Below the pieces are notes generated by a model that was not told the DNA's origin, did no database searches, and saw only the letters and a list, made by a program, of their open reading frames with translations. From assembly GCA_965637545.1 (NCBI GenBank), contig OZ281497.1, positions 15,252,001 through 15,316,000 on the forward strand: a stretch of 64,000 bases of DNA, given 5' to 3'. Position numbers and translations under genes: made by a program. Origin of the DNA: Phallusia mammillata (taxonomy: Eukaryota). Positions 22,721 through 35,600 of this stretch are shown in pieces (the first letter of the stretch is position 1; every line of letters begins with the position of its first letter).

Positions 22721-25700
22721 ATGCAACAGAACGTCTCATCAGCTCAGCAGAGCGCTCAAGTGGCCAGTGCCACACACAGCCAGATCCCTGTTGCCCACTA
22801 CGTCAGTGTAGTGGCTGCTAAATCAGGTTTGTACACGATAATACTCTTATTTCTAGATGACAAAAATACTTTTTATCGCTATATAATTGGTCTGATGTCG
22901 TTCAAAAAGCAATGATTTAAGTACCCTTGCAGTTGAAAACAGAACTTAGTCAAAGCAACACGATTGAAACACATTTAGATTAGAAACATATCACAATGTA
23001 AGAACCGACAACCACAAAAAAGCGTATGTACTTCTACCACGTGACGTGTGTATATAAATTATTATAAATTACAACTCAAGTTACTCATCGTCAGATCTTA
23101 ACGGTGCGTCGCGGTTCAACCCCAATGTTTCCACCTCACACACGTGTGGAAAAATTCGTAGTCGACGTACGCAAAGCACAAAGAAGCGTGTTTATTTTCA
23201 TAGCGCATTTTGCCGTCGATTCATGAATTTGTATGCGAGCAGCCAAGTTCCTCGTTCATTCACCTGCGTCTCGCAACCATCAAACGGATGTGGTGCGTTT
23301 TAAACGCAAAACCTAATTCTTTGAAGCCCAATCGAACCCCGCGAGTTCAACGTCTATTTAGGTGCGGCTCTTTGTCCTTTGTACGCCGAGGTAGGAAAGT
23401 AAACAAACTTGTGCATCAAAACGGTGCGAAAACGATGTTCAATTCGATAATTGGACCCACTTGCTTATATCGCTTGTGCCACAAACAGTTGGAAGTATTT
23501 CCGCCTTCAAAATCATTGCGATTCGACCCCACTCCCTTTCTCCCTTAATCAGTTTTGATTCGCTGCATTCCAATAAGCACACTGCCGGCTCTTTTTTCAC
23601 CCTCTGGGATAACTCGTTTAAAACCCTGCGAATCTGACTCTTCGGCCACCTGTTCTATTTGTTAAACACTCAGTTTGCGCTCAAAACTTAAGCAATGCAC
23701 ATTAAGTCAGAGTACATAGGAAGTCCGAACTCCCAGGGCCAGTACAGTCCACAAAGTGAGATGTGTGCGTATGGGGGATACGGTAATGACGGATACCCAT
23801 GCAGACAAGCTTATCCAAGTGGTTACCCTGGCGACGGTTATGCCAACATGAACAGTTGCGTGCAACCTATGCAATTAGCTGCAAACCAACAATCCAATTA
23901 CGGAAAAGTGTATGATGGTTCCCATGACGTTTCGGGTTACCAACAGCAACAGAACAGATTCGCATCGAGTTGCTCTTACCAAAGTGGGCAAGCCACTTCA
24001 TCTTACGGTTATATGTATGGTAGCAGCGAAGGTCAGTGTGTAAGCGGTCAGTCGCAAAATTCGTGGTATCGGAGCAGCTCACATCATCCACAGCAAAGCT
24101 ATCCTACCCAAGGTAAAATAGGAGTGGATTAACAATACAAAAAAGGTTATACGTGTGTACGGCTTCACACTGCGAAGGTTGCACTAAACGACTTTGTTGT
24201 AAAAACACTCGTTATGGTTTCATAAATATTAGGCTGATAGGCTGCGGTTGACTGTACCAGTGGTATCTCAAATAATGTGGATTGATGAAACCCATCAATA
24301 AAACTAGTTAGATCAAGTTTTTTCATATTTTTTTTGAGTGTTGCAACATGTATGAAAATGTACCGTTACTACTTTTCGACAATACTCATATTCAATAAAT
24401 TTGTTATTTTGCAGACACCAAACTGGAAGGAGTAAAGTCAATTGTCCCAGTCCAACAGGTAAGCGAATTTGTCTTTAATTTGTAATTCCGTCGGATGGCG
24501 CACGTGAGAAATGGCTGTGGTCTTAAAAAACTTGTTCGATCCACATGCAGAAAATCGCTGATCGGGATTTCTGCTCTTGTTTGCTATTTTCAATAGAAAA
24601 GAACGTAAATTTTAGTACCTGCAACTAAATCAAAATAAAAAGTCAAGTTTGTGAGAATACGTTTTTCATACACTTTGCAAAACACGATGTACTAAGAGGT
24701 CTATAACGTATTACCCTGTTGTTGCTCTTGGTCTAAAAACTTAGGTTCGTCGAAAAAGTTTCAAATGAAAATCCGCAACAGCGCGAATCAAGTAGTAAAC
24801 ACGCGCAATACCCGAACCGAAACAGACAAACCTTCTTTATGCGAGTTTGTTGGCAGGTGTAGCTTTGTGGTGAATGCACGAATGTTGCTCAGAATACTTT
24901 TGGCACTGGCTGAGTATAATAAGAAGTGTGATCCCGTTAGTGACAATACAATATTTGGAAACTAGTAACATATTGTAACCTACTATTTTGGGGGCAAAAT
25001 TCCAAACAAACTTCGATGCGACGACAAAAGAAGTTTTTTTGGTTCGTTTTTTTTACCTTGTGGACGAAAACAAAAATGCGTAATTTTAATAGGATTGCAT
25101 TTGATTAGAACTTTTAAGATTGGCCTGTAAGATCGTTCGATCTGCATTGGTTGAGAATAAACATGCGCCATAAAATCATTAGATCGCATTTTCCTCAATC
25201 GATATCTATACGATTGTCCCCAGTAAATCAAGTGTTTGTACTGGCGCTTTTCTTGACAATCGCGAATATTTGCTCGTTGCTAAGCGACCATGTACTTAAT
25301 ATCTACTTTCTCTTTGTGTTGCCACGCCCGTTGCGTGGTAACGTGATAGTTTTATGACGTTCGTTGGAATTTCGTTGCCCGTGTCCCACATTGAATGCAA
25401 TAAATCTTTTTGTTCGCCAGCGATAACTTGAACGCTGCAGTTTAAAATTGTACGTATTACGTCGTTTTTTTTGCTTTAGATCGGATTAGTTTTTTCTTGT
25501 TGTTTTGGTATTGTTAGTCTTCATAACTTTGTTTTGTGTGAATTTGTTTAATTTAACCGGAAAAGTACGGAAAATAATCAAAAGATAAATTAAAGTATCT
25601 TGTTGGAATTATTTGCTTGCTTTTTTTATTTATCAAACTTAGGCCGGATAGTTTGGAAAGAATCCCGACTATTGCTTTTCCAGGTAACTTTAAACCCATG

Positions 25701-28700
25701 TTTGCGTTCGTATTGACAGAGCCGTTCGTTCGAATGGGCGAAAATCAGTAACGGCCTCGGTTGCCAAGCGACGCGACGGGCTGCCATGTCAATTGATAAA
25801 GCGCTGCTAGGCAACGCAGGGTCGTTTTATTAGCTCACTTCGTAACGGCGTTTGCCCCGCGAGTTTCATGGCTATTGTACCGACAAAGTGCGCGCGTTGA
25901 ACAATGGAACGCGACAAGAGACGTTTTTGTGGAACCACTTGGCTCAGGGGGACGATTTCGTCCGCCCCGACGGGTTTTCAAACAGCCTTTTGGGTCTTGT
26001 GCAGTTTCGAGTTACCACCAGGGCAGTTCAATTGTGTTCCGTTCCGCTGGCGCACTAGCCATGCAATGGACGCGCATGATCGTTGGTTGTTTGAACAGAC
26101 AGGTGCCGTGTTTGCTAGTAGAGTTTGTTTAGTTGGATCATTAAGTCCCTGAACTCGCGTGGGTTACGTGGCCGCTTGTCGGTTAACAATTCAAATGCAG
26201 CGATAGAATATGAAACTACCTTCGTTTTAGCGCCCTACTCTGTAGCCCAGTATTTTAGTTCCGTGTGGCAAAGCTGGCAAACAACATTTTACGTTATTGC
26301 GTTTTGCAGCTTGTGTCGAACATTAGGAAAAGGTTCGCTGTGAACCACAGCATAATAGTTTTAAACTTAGAGAAGTATTGACCTTTTGCCAAGTCGCTAC
26401 GAGCAGATGCCTTGCAGGGCTGGATACGACTCCTCGCCTAGCGCAACTTTCCCACAGGCAATGGACCTAACTATAGGGAGTAAGCCCAAGCAGCAAAGTA
26501 GCTCACATTCGAGAACTTCTTCGCAGGGTCGCCAGTGCATCAGCGTGCCGACTCCGCGTGTTATCACCGGCACCAATCTCATCAACCTAAACTTGAAACG
26601 TGTAAGCAACCGAGTGGTTAGCGCAATAATTTGAAGACCGTGTGTTCGTGCGTTGTTTAATTTTCACACGTAGTCGAATAACCCTGTTGATTAAAAGGGT
26701 TTTTATTTTGAGTGATTTGTAGACAAGTAACAAAGCATGTTTTTAATCCGTCATTGTTGTGATTTTTGCACTACCATATACTGTAGTAGGAATCGAATTT
26801 GTTTCACAATTGGTATTGATTTTGTGTCAAGTAAAAGATGGTAGTTTTGGTTAAAATGAGTTTAGTCTTTTACGCATTTACTCAGTATAGATTATGCCCT
26901 TTTTTCCAGCGCTCAGTATAGCTTAGACCCCTTGTTCAAAAAATTGAGAACACAAATGATATATTTGGCAATCACGAGCAATATTTTTCAAGGAGCAATA
27001 TAGAATCAAAAAAATCATGGGTCATTTCATATTTCTATTCCACCCCAGTGCAGCTTAACTGGAGATAAGTTTGAAACAAATGTAATTCAAAATGCCAAGC
27101 AAAAGGGGTTTGTTTTATTTTATTACCAGTCAACAGGAAGCAGAAAGGTTTTGATTAGATGTGAGGTTAGAAGACCAGAAGAAAAGAACCACAAACCAGA
27201 AAAGTTGATTGTAAAGGAAGAAGTAAATCAGGAAAAAGCTTCTTTTTCCAGGGTAACAAAATTTATTTCAATTATTAACATCAAGTTTTTAAGTCAGGTC
27301 ACAAACAAATTTTATTAGACTTCTACATGCAACAAACTAGAACTAGTTGTAGTACCAGCAGTGGTAGTGAAGCTGACCATATTTAGGTGGTATCAATTTA
27401 TAGTTTATTTACCATTTAACACATTTCAGGTAATTATACTGACAATGAAACAAATGGTACAAATGATTGATCATTGTGTATTACAACACTGCCCTGCTTT
27501 TTTTAACTTACAGGTAAAAATGTTTGTATTTTTTTGTAGATCACAACTCCTCAACAAAGAACACAACCAATTCATGTGGCTGGCACTCAGCAGGTAAACA
27601 AACTATTTTAGGTTTTTTTAGTTTAATTTACACATCAGTCATGTTGTCCAATGCCTTAATACATGAATTGAGTTTGTATTAATCATAACATTTAATTTGT
27701 TTAGTCCATGTACCAAACAAATCAGTTGCAGTATGTTGACTCGACTGGAGATCATGGTTACACCAATGGATCAACGTAAGTAAAGTGTTGCATTGTGGCT
27801 AAACTTGTTTTTAGATCAGACCTTTGAACATTGTACCTAAACATTGGGCCTTTAAAAATCTAATTTAATAAACATTTTTTGCGCAGGTCAAACTCTTTTC
27901 AATACAATGACACAAACCAACTGTTTACAAGCACCCAGCAACAAAGCAATAATTCTGGAATCTTCTTTGACTCAACTTCAGGCAATCATGCATCACAGAA
28001 TTCTGGATCAACACAACAGCAGTTGGTATGTGTACATTTCGATTGGCTGTAATCCAAGTTTACGTTAGCTGCATTCTATGCTAAAAACGCAAGCCAACAA
28101 AAAAAGTTTTGAAAAGACCTCTTTAAATACAAATTAATCATTTAAAAAGTGCTTTAACAAAACCATCCCAAAAGTTTTGGTTTTTGCGTTGTTGTTTGTT
28201 TCTGTATCGTTTGTTAATATCAACGTCCCTATAACAATACATTTGTATCAATTAATAATTTTTCGCAGAATACAATGAGCATGTCCGGTCTGAGCGGTCA
28301 ACAGGGTGTTGGGCAGATAATCTCGTCGCCAGGTGGCAGCACGTATCTCATCCAGAACTCCAGCAGTGAGAGTGGTGGGATCGTGGCAATGCCGCTCTCC
28401 CACTCCACTCGAGCCTCCCCCGCCACCGTAAGTCACTTCCGGCGGGAGCCGAAAACAGTAAGCGAACCAAATTTGCCGGTAATGATTGCATGCCAAGCCT
28501 TCTCCACCCGATGCATGTCTCTCATTCGTAGGGCAGACTTTTTCACAATGGCTACTAGGAGACCTAAGAGCCTAAGGTTTAGCTTATGTCACGGTCTTAA
28601 ACAGGGATTTGCCGTTTTCTTCTAAATGTAAATACATTATGCGAGCGCAAACACAAAAATAGTGCAAGGTCATCATGACCAACAGACTTTGATCATGACA

Positions 28701-31700
28701 ACCTTGTTTGAATTACACCAAAAATGTTGGTCTCGCACAATATCGCTTAGCTTTAGAATTTAGATCCTTTTTGCAAAACATTCATTTTCGTGCATGCGAA
28801 ACCAAGAACACATTCTTCATTTTCTTTATGCAAGAACAATAATTTGGGTCGTAATTTACGCTTACAAAAATAGTATTGTATTAAAATTTGATAATTAAAG
28901 TGCATTTTAGAAAAAAAATCCTTCTGATTTGACCTTGTATTTAACATCTTGAACGATGCTACTTGGACTCAATAATAACAACTGCTAAAGTGCATTCAAT
29001 AATATGCGCACTGTGCTTAGGTTCATTGGCTAATGGAACATTTTGAGAACGCCGAGGGAGTTTCTTTGCCTCGTGCCCTTATGTACAACCACTACATTCT
29101 GCACTGCAACGAACAAACTTTAGACCCTGTGAACGCAGCATCTTTTGGTAAACTCGTGCGATCTGTGTTTCTCGGCCTTCGAACAAGACGTCTTGGTACC
29201 AGGTAAACAATGAAAAATGCATTGATTTTTTTACGTTTCTTTACAATGTTAATTTTTTTTTATTCAGAGGGAACTCTAAGTATCATTACTACGGTATAAG
29301 AATCAAGGCCAACTCGCCACTAAATAGACTTCAAGATGAAATAAACTGCATCGCAATGAGACAACAGTCTTCATTGCACAGAAGGTAACAGGCTAATTTC
29401 CTATTTGCCAACAAAACATGGCCACTACCTAACTACGCCATTTTCCATTTATGGAGCTAAACCTTTGGCAACGATAAGTCAATAAAGACTAGGGAACCTA
29501 TTTTTATTATTCCTTCTTAACTGAAAATGTTTTTTAGCCGAAACAAGATGATGTCAATTACTCCACACGACGACAAGAGTGAAGTCCAGCAAGCAACGTC
29601 ACAAATCCAGCAATCGACTCCGAGTGAGCAGGTCCAGCAACAAGCACAGCAGCATCAGCAGTACCTGGGTGACGCTACTCAAGCTTTACCCGATCTTGAC
29701 CCGATCCAGTTCACCGCCGAAGACCCTCCTCTACCTGATGACGTCACACAGGTAGTGCTGCTAGGCAACCAAAAGATTTTGCATTGTGCACCTTCAGAAA
29801 CGAATTGGATTACATCACATAACAAATAACATCATTTTGAAGTGGTTTTTAATAGTTATGCATAATGTTTGTTTTAAGGATGATCTGATGATTTTGGAAG
29901 ACTTGTACAGAGATCATTGCTCCAACGTACTTGACGTAATTGTGAGTCTGCAGTTTACGATGATTGAGAATTTGTGGCAGTCGTTTTGGAGGGCTGACTA
30001 CAATTCTGACGAACCCAGCATGACGTAAGCGTTGAATTATTTTTATAAAATCAATACACAAATGTATTAAAAAGTACAGTTACATTAAGAACATCACTTG
30101 TTGGCTAATGTTGCTGGTACTAAATTACAAATAAAATTTAAAATATGCTTTGGCAAATAAACAGAATCAGATAATTGAAGAAAACCATTATGTAAAGGTT
30201 TAAAGTGGTGCCTACGATCATTTATTTATCCATTGTTTTGTGATTTTTCATTCAACATTACGAAATTGATTTCACAGAAGAGAGGAATTTGAGATGAAAC
30301 TTCCTCGGCACAAACTACTTGCTTTGTGCTCGTGGGCTCCCGTGCAGCGCTGGGTGAAGGACAGTGATCACATGATGTATCAAAGTCTCGTAGAAGTTCT
30401 AATCCCAGACGTGCTTCGACCCATACCGAGTAAGTAATTAAAATTTCCGCTCAATAAAAGTATGCCTTTATATATGCAAGTGTGCTTTATATAATATTTA
30501 ATTTTTGCAGGTGCTTTGACGCAGGCCATACGCAATTTTGCCAAAGGTTTGGAAACCAATTTGAAACGATCGCTTGAAAAGGGAGATATTCCAATGGACT
30601 TGATTAGAATCAAGGTGACTCATAGTTTAAGTTATTATTTAATCAAGCCCAATACAACCATATTATAAGGATGCTGTAACGAACAATTGAGTTAGTCAAG
30701 TTCCCAAATGTATTTGAATGTTGTATTGATTTACTTTTTCCAAGGAAATAACCTTACTATATTATCTTTAGGTATCTGCGGTATCGGCTTTCTCCCAGAC
30801 CTTGCGTCGATACACGTCATTAAACCATCTCGCACAAGCAGCAAGAGCTGTGTTAAACAATGTGTCACAAATCAACCAAATGCTGGCTGATCTTAATCGT
30901 GTCGACTTTGCCAATGTGCAGGTAAAACACATTCAATTCAATCCCTATGATAAAGGGTGGAGTGTTTACATCAATTTTCGTACAGGAGCAAGCATCTTGG
31001 GTATGTCAGTGCGACGACAACCTTGTTCGTGAACTAGAAACCGATTTCAAGTCGGTCCTGTCAGAACAACGAACTTTAGAGCAGTGGGCAGATTGGCTGG
31101 AGAACGTGGTGGGCAAGATACTGCAACCGCATGAAGGTTCAGCCACGTTTGCTCGAGCAGCTCGCCAATTTCTACTGAAGTGGTGTTTTTACAGGTAACT
31201 AAATGGCCGACATTTCTACCTAAACAAAAAAATGTTGCTAAATTTTAGTTTATGTTGGCATGGAGCCTTTGTCATACCTTTTTCAGTGGTTATACTAACA
31301 CGCATAACAGTAGAAACCTTAAACTGGTCAAAATAAGTTTTGAGCTACCCACAATAAAATGACATATGTTTTTAACAGTAAAATACCATGTGAGCTAAAC
31401 TATACTATGGGGTGACAAAAAAAACAAATTAAATAAAACAAAAATCTTGGTTTCCAGTTCGATGGTGATTCGCGATTTGACCTTGCGTTCTGCAGCGAGC
31501 TTCGGCAGTTTTCATCTCATCCGCTTGTTGTACGATGAGTACATGTTTTACTTGGTCGAACACAGGGTGGCACAAGCGACTGGTGAAACTGCCATCGCGG
31601 TCATGGGAGATTTTGCAAACATCAGTGCCAGTCATATCGGTCTCGACGGTAAGACGAATATAATGTTTTATGGTAAATAAACTTTATGACAACACTGGCA

Positions 31701-32695
31701 AAAAAACTTTCGTTCCAAGCCATTGTAAAAAGTTTTGGTGTCGGCTTGAGCTTTTTGGGTGTATGAAGTTAATATCTTTCATTTTAATATCACCTATTTT
31801 AAACGTCATGCATTAGCTAATAGTTGTGTCTAGAAAACACGAGCCATGTTGTCAAGGTGTTTTGTTCAGCTACGTACTAAAAAGTAAAAATAAGTATTTT
31901 CTTCGCAAACGAACTGTATCAAATTTGTACTCAATTGAAATTGGTGTTTTGCACATTCAACTGCCTTGTGGTTTCATCTGCTCTGCTGACTCACGAAAAA
32001 CATCATTACTTAGATCTTTATCTTATCAATCGTGTTCAGTTGTTTGGTGCCAAACTAAGAATTTGCCACCTAACGACATTTTGATAGTTTTATCTAGCAC
32101 TTTATCCTAATGGCTTTGACACCTCGAAGGTTTTTCGTTTTCATTAGCATTGAAACATGTTGCCGTTGCACAACCATTTAGAATATCTAAATCATGTCTT
32201 TAGGATTAAGGTTCTTGTTTTTATGTGGCTCCAAACAAAAGGCACACAATGTGTTAAATTAACTACGTGATAATTCTTAAAGTCGCGGATTGTAAATTTT
32301 GCAGAAAGTAAACTTTGTGAAACATTAGATGTCTCAACAAGCAAACGTAAAACTGTAACCTTAAGTCCACATTTACAATTTTTGGTTTGTCACCACAGTG
32401 TCGCCGTCGTCTGTATCCAGTTCTGACATATCGACCAACCCATCTCCCACCTTCATTGCATCGGCTCCTATATCACAAGGCAGCATCGTGAAAACAGGTG
32501 CGTAGCGTCAACCGCCATCCTTGCTTTTTGGTTCAAAATTGTATCACATTTTTTATTGGTTTTACAGAGAAGGGTGTAAAGCGGACGGCCGACATGGCTC
32601 TGCTTGATGTTAAACCGGACGCCGCCGCCCAAATCAACGGCAAAGTCGCCATGGTGAGCGAAGTTCTGATCGAGCACAAAACCTCAGACGTGTGA
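22721..32695 (+). CDS. RFX1/2/3: RFX1/2/3-class winged-helix transcription factor (activation domain, DBD, B/C boxes, dimerisation domain)
   Basis: Phase-consistent exons: 22721-22826, 24415-24458, 27540-27593, 27705-27775, 27887-28025, 28269-28427, 29021-29202, 29268-29384, 29538-29751, 29879-30024, 30278-30429, 30511-30614, 30772-30921, 30986-31194, 31458-31648, 32399-32497, 32568-32695. DBD reads [18 protein letters not shown]...[39 protein letters not shown]. Also present: [58 protein letters not shown]. Confidence 0.95.
23695..24112 (+). CDS. Candidate alternative first (or 420-nt cassette) coding exon of RFX, rich in Tyr/Gly/Ser/Gln
   Basis: ORF MHIKSEY...YPTQ has a strongly biased composition. 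It ends at a phase-1 donor G|GTAAAA (24113) that is compatible with exon 24415. A weak AAG acceptor at 23692 would make it a symmetric 23693-24112 cassette. Confidence 0.7.
25330..25815. promoter_or_regulatory. Cluster of X-box (RFX-site)-like imperfect palindromes inside the RFX gene
   Basis: GTTGCGTGGTAAC (25330-25342), GTTGCCAAGCGAC (25760-25772) and GCTGCTAGGCAAC (25803-25815) lie in a CpG-rich intron segment upstream of the candidate exon at 26407. Confidence 0.5.
26407..26601 (+). CDS. Candidate alternative first or cassette exon of RFX (65 codons, phase 0)
   Basis: ATG 26407 is preceded by CAG. The open GC-rich frame [26 protein letters not shown]... ends at a strong phase-0 donor GTAAGC at 26602. 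Confidence 0.55.
27130..27252 (+). CDS. Candidate 123-nt symmetric (phase 0-0) RFX exon, [41 protein letters not shown]
   Basis: Flanked by acceptor ttttattaccag and donor AGG|GTAACA. It is purine-rich and stop-free against a T-rich intron background. Confidence 0.5.
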
Positions 32696-35600
32696 TCTCT
32701 GCGGCCCTGTCACGTGTGTACTGACGTCACGCGATTTTCTATCCCATCCGCTGAGATTATCCCCATGCCCGCCGCACGCCGTAATCTTCAAATCAGCAAA
32801 GTCACATTCGCGATCACCTCTGCCCTCTGTCGTCGCCGCTTCTGCTGCTGCTGCTAGCTGTTCGACCTCGAGTGCTCACAACACTCATTTAACTTCATGC
32901 GATGGATCGATGCAATAATCTCCTGCAGTTGCCCGTCTCTCTTGCTTTGCAAGTCCCCACACTGCCCCCTTGAGGTAGAAACCTGTACATTTTTCTACGT
33001 CTTCCGTTTGTGTTGCGCGTTAGTTCAGATGTACTCTTGTTGATTTTTTGGTTTGTTTTTATTCAATAATCTTAGAGCGTACCTGTCCTCTGTGTCGCTT
33101 AGTTGAATTGTACATACTTAGACTCAGGCTTAAGGCACAGATCGGGTTTACGTTAATAGTAACCTTCAGTGACCACAACATACCCAGAAATTTTCGATTT
33201 TTTCATGATGTGTATCTATTGACTTGATTTTACAAGAACCTTACACTTTGTGCGTCGATCTTTCTCTATTACCAGCTTCTCACTGTTCCACGCATGTCGC
33301 ACATGTAAAGCGTCGATCTTCCTCGTCTGTGTATCAAGCACCTAGAATTATTCAAAACCTGTGCCTTTCCTGTTTGATCGTCGTTGTTCTTTTGGTTGAA
33401 AATAAACGAACCCACCAAAGTCGACTTGGGCTCTGAGAGCCGTATAATCGGTTTATTCCGTCGCTTCCTGAGTGTTGTGCTGTAGCCCCGGGCCGTTGAT
33501 AGGCGAAAGGCACTTTTAATTTATTGTGAACGATTTGACACGGAGATATGCTAGAAAGTGCAGTTAATGTAAAGCATTGCTCACAGACTTATTTGACAAG
33601 TACTTGAGAATATTGAAAGGTAGATGACAGTTATACTGAATATATTTTATGGTCTCACCGTGTAGTTGACCATGTTTGTCGGACAAAACACTTTCTCGAT
33701 CAGATTGTCGCCTGATTTTAAATCGTTTTACAAAATTGCGGTTTATTAAAATGGGAAAAATCTTTCAGACTTATTTTACTTTTGTAAAACATTGCCAAAA
33801 ATTGTAGCATTGACTTGTAAGCAAAAAGTAAGCAAATGTATAGTGCAAAGGAGGCAACCACCTAAACTTTGAGGTTAAAAATGTTTGACCAAAAACATTT
33901 GTTAAGTTCTGTGGAAAATAGTAGCCTAAGCGCTAGAAAACTTGTAAATTAAGACTGGTGCCGATTTAAACCTGTGATCTAAAGGTTAACAGCTCAACCG
34001 CAATACCCAATTTAGTAATTTTGCGTGCTTGGGCTTTAAGCAAAATATACAAAGGCGAGTTCTTCTCTGGTCCAAATCATTCCGGAATTTCGCCTAAAGC
34101 ATTATTAAGTAGCAGAAGCGTTAGTAGCAGCCAGATCGATGTCTTTTGTGGCAATTAGTCAGATTAGATGGCGTTTTTTAATAGCCAGGTGTAAACCGTT
34201 CAATCAACGTGTATCAACATTACTGTAATGCTACTAGTTAATTTCTGATCTTTGCAACAGTCACCCGGAATTAAAATCTAATTGCTTGTACTGGTTGGAA
34301 AGTTACCAATTGGTGTCGCTCTTGTATCTGTTTTGGTTTGGATAGCGTTTTAACTTATGATGACTTGTATGTTTACTGTCTGTCGCTGGCAGTGTTAACG
34401 ACAATTTCAAAAGCAAGTTTAAAAGAGTTCCCAACTTGGTCGTGACAAATTTGAAAATTGTTGATACTTGGCCTCTTTGCAGTAATTAACATTCCTTTCT
34501 ACGTGTTGGATTTTAAATCAGTCTGTCTACGATGTACGCGTTGAACCACATTCACAATACCTTAGCGGTTTCTAAGAATATTGTCGTGCTTTCAAGCAGG
34601 ATGTCGGTCACGCAGTGGGTCAAACAAGAAAAAATTTATCAGTTGCCGTTTATTTGTTCGTTCTTTGGCCAGCGAAGCGCACAGAAGAACAAATATTGGC
34701 TTATCGGAGAGTTGACGCTGTCTTATATCAGGTGTAGTTACCAAAGTGCTGTAGGAAAGAGAATGAAAGTGGTCCATTCACAATACTGTGGTCGAAACAC
34801 TAGCAGGTTCGCTTTGCTGTTTGTCGACTGTAATTAAAAAAGCTGCAGGTAGACTTACCGAAAGTTGTAAGACCTGACAATACAGCATTGCCGGATTTTT
34901 GAAAGTCATATGGTCTGTTGCCCAACAATGGAATGTGGGAAGGTGTAGCTTAGTCGATAGGTGTAGGGCACAGGCATGTATCCAATGCGAAAGATTATGC
35001 AGTTTAACTTTTTAAGCTACACTCTGAAAATGGTTCTTTTGAGACGTGGTTATAATGATTAGGAAATTCAGTCGACTATTCAGTCTGGAGTGTTACTTTT
35101 ATTAGACCGAGCTATAGCGTTTGTTTAATTTCCCGTATTAGTGTAATGTTACCTTCTCTTTCTATATTATTTGCCTTCCCTAAGGTACAAAAAGGTTTTG
35201 TGTAGGTTATAGAAACAGAGCAAAGCCAAGTGTATCGAAATGTACAATAAGTGGAAGTGCTGTAAAAGTATTTGAAGAGCGATCAATAAACTTGTAAAAC
35301 CGTGGTGCGTACAGTTCAAGTTTACTTGCATAAATCATGAGTTTGTTTGTGAATTTTGCCCTGCCACTCCAACTCGCCTATAATTAATCGTTGCGCATTT
35401 ACATTGATTTCGAACGCAATGAGTTTTAATATATTTGTAGCGCGATATTGATTTTTCGTTCCGTGTTGTTCAACGTTGAAGAGTGTACGCGAAGTAAACG
35501 CTGTAATGGGACGCGACAATGGCGACTGTAGTCACTTACCATCAAGCTTTAATCGATTCGACAAGTTGTAGGTTTGTAGGGCACCTTTATCAACAACTGT

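Noticed and set aside
23210-23548. 112-aa ORF upstream of the RFX alternative exon
   Set aside because: It has a TTG start, no homology and no suitable splice sites, and lies in probable promoter DNA.
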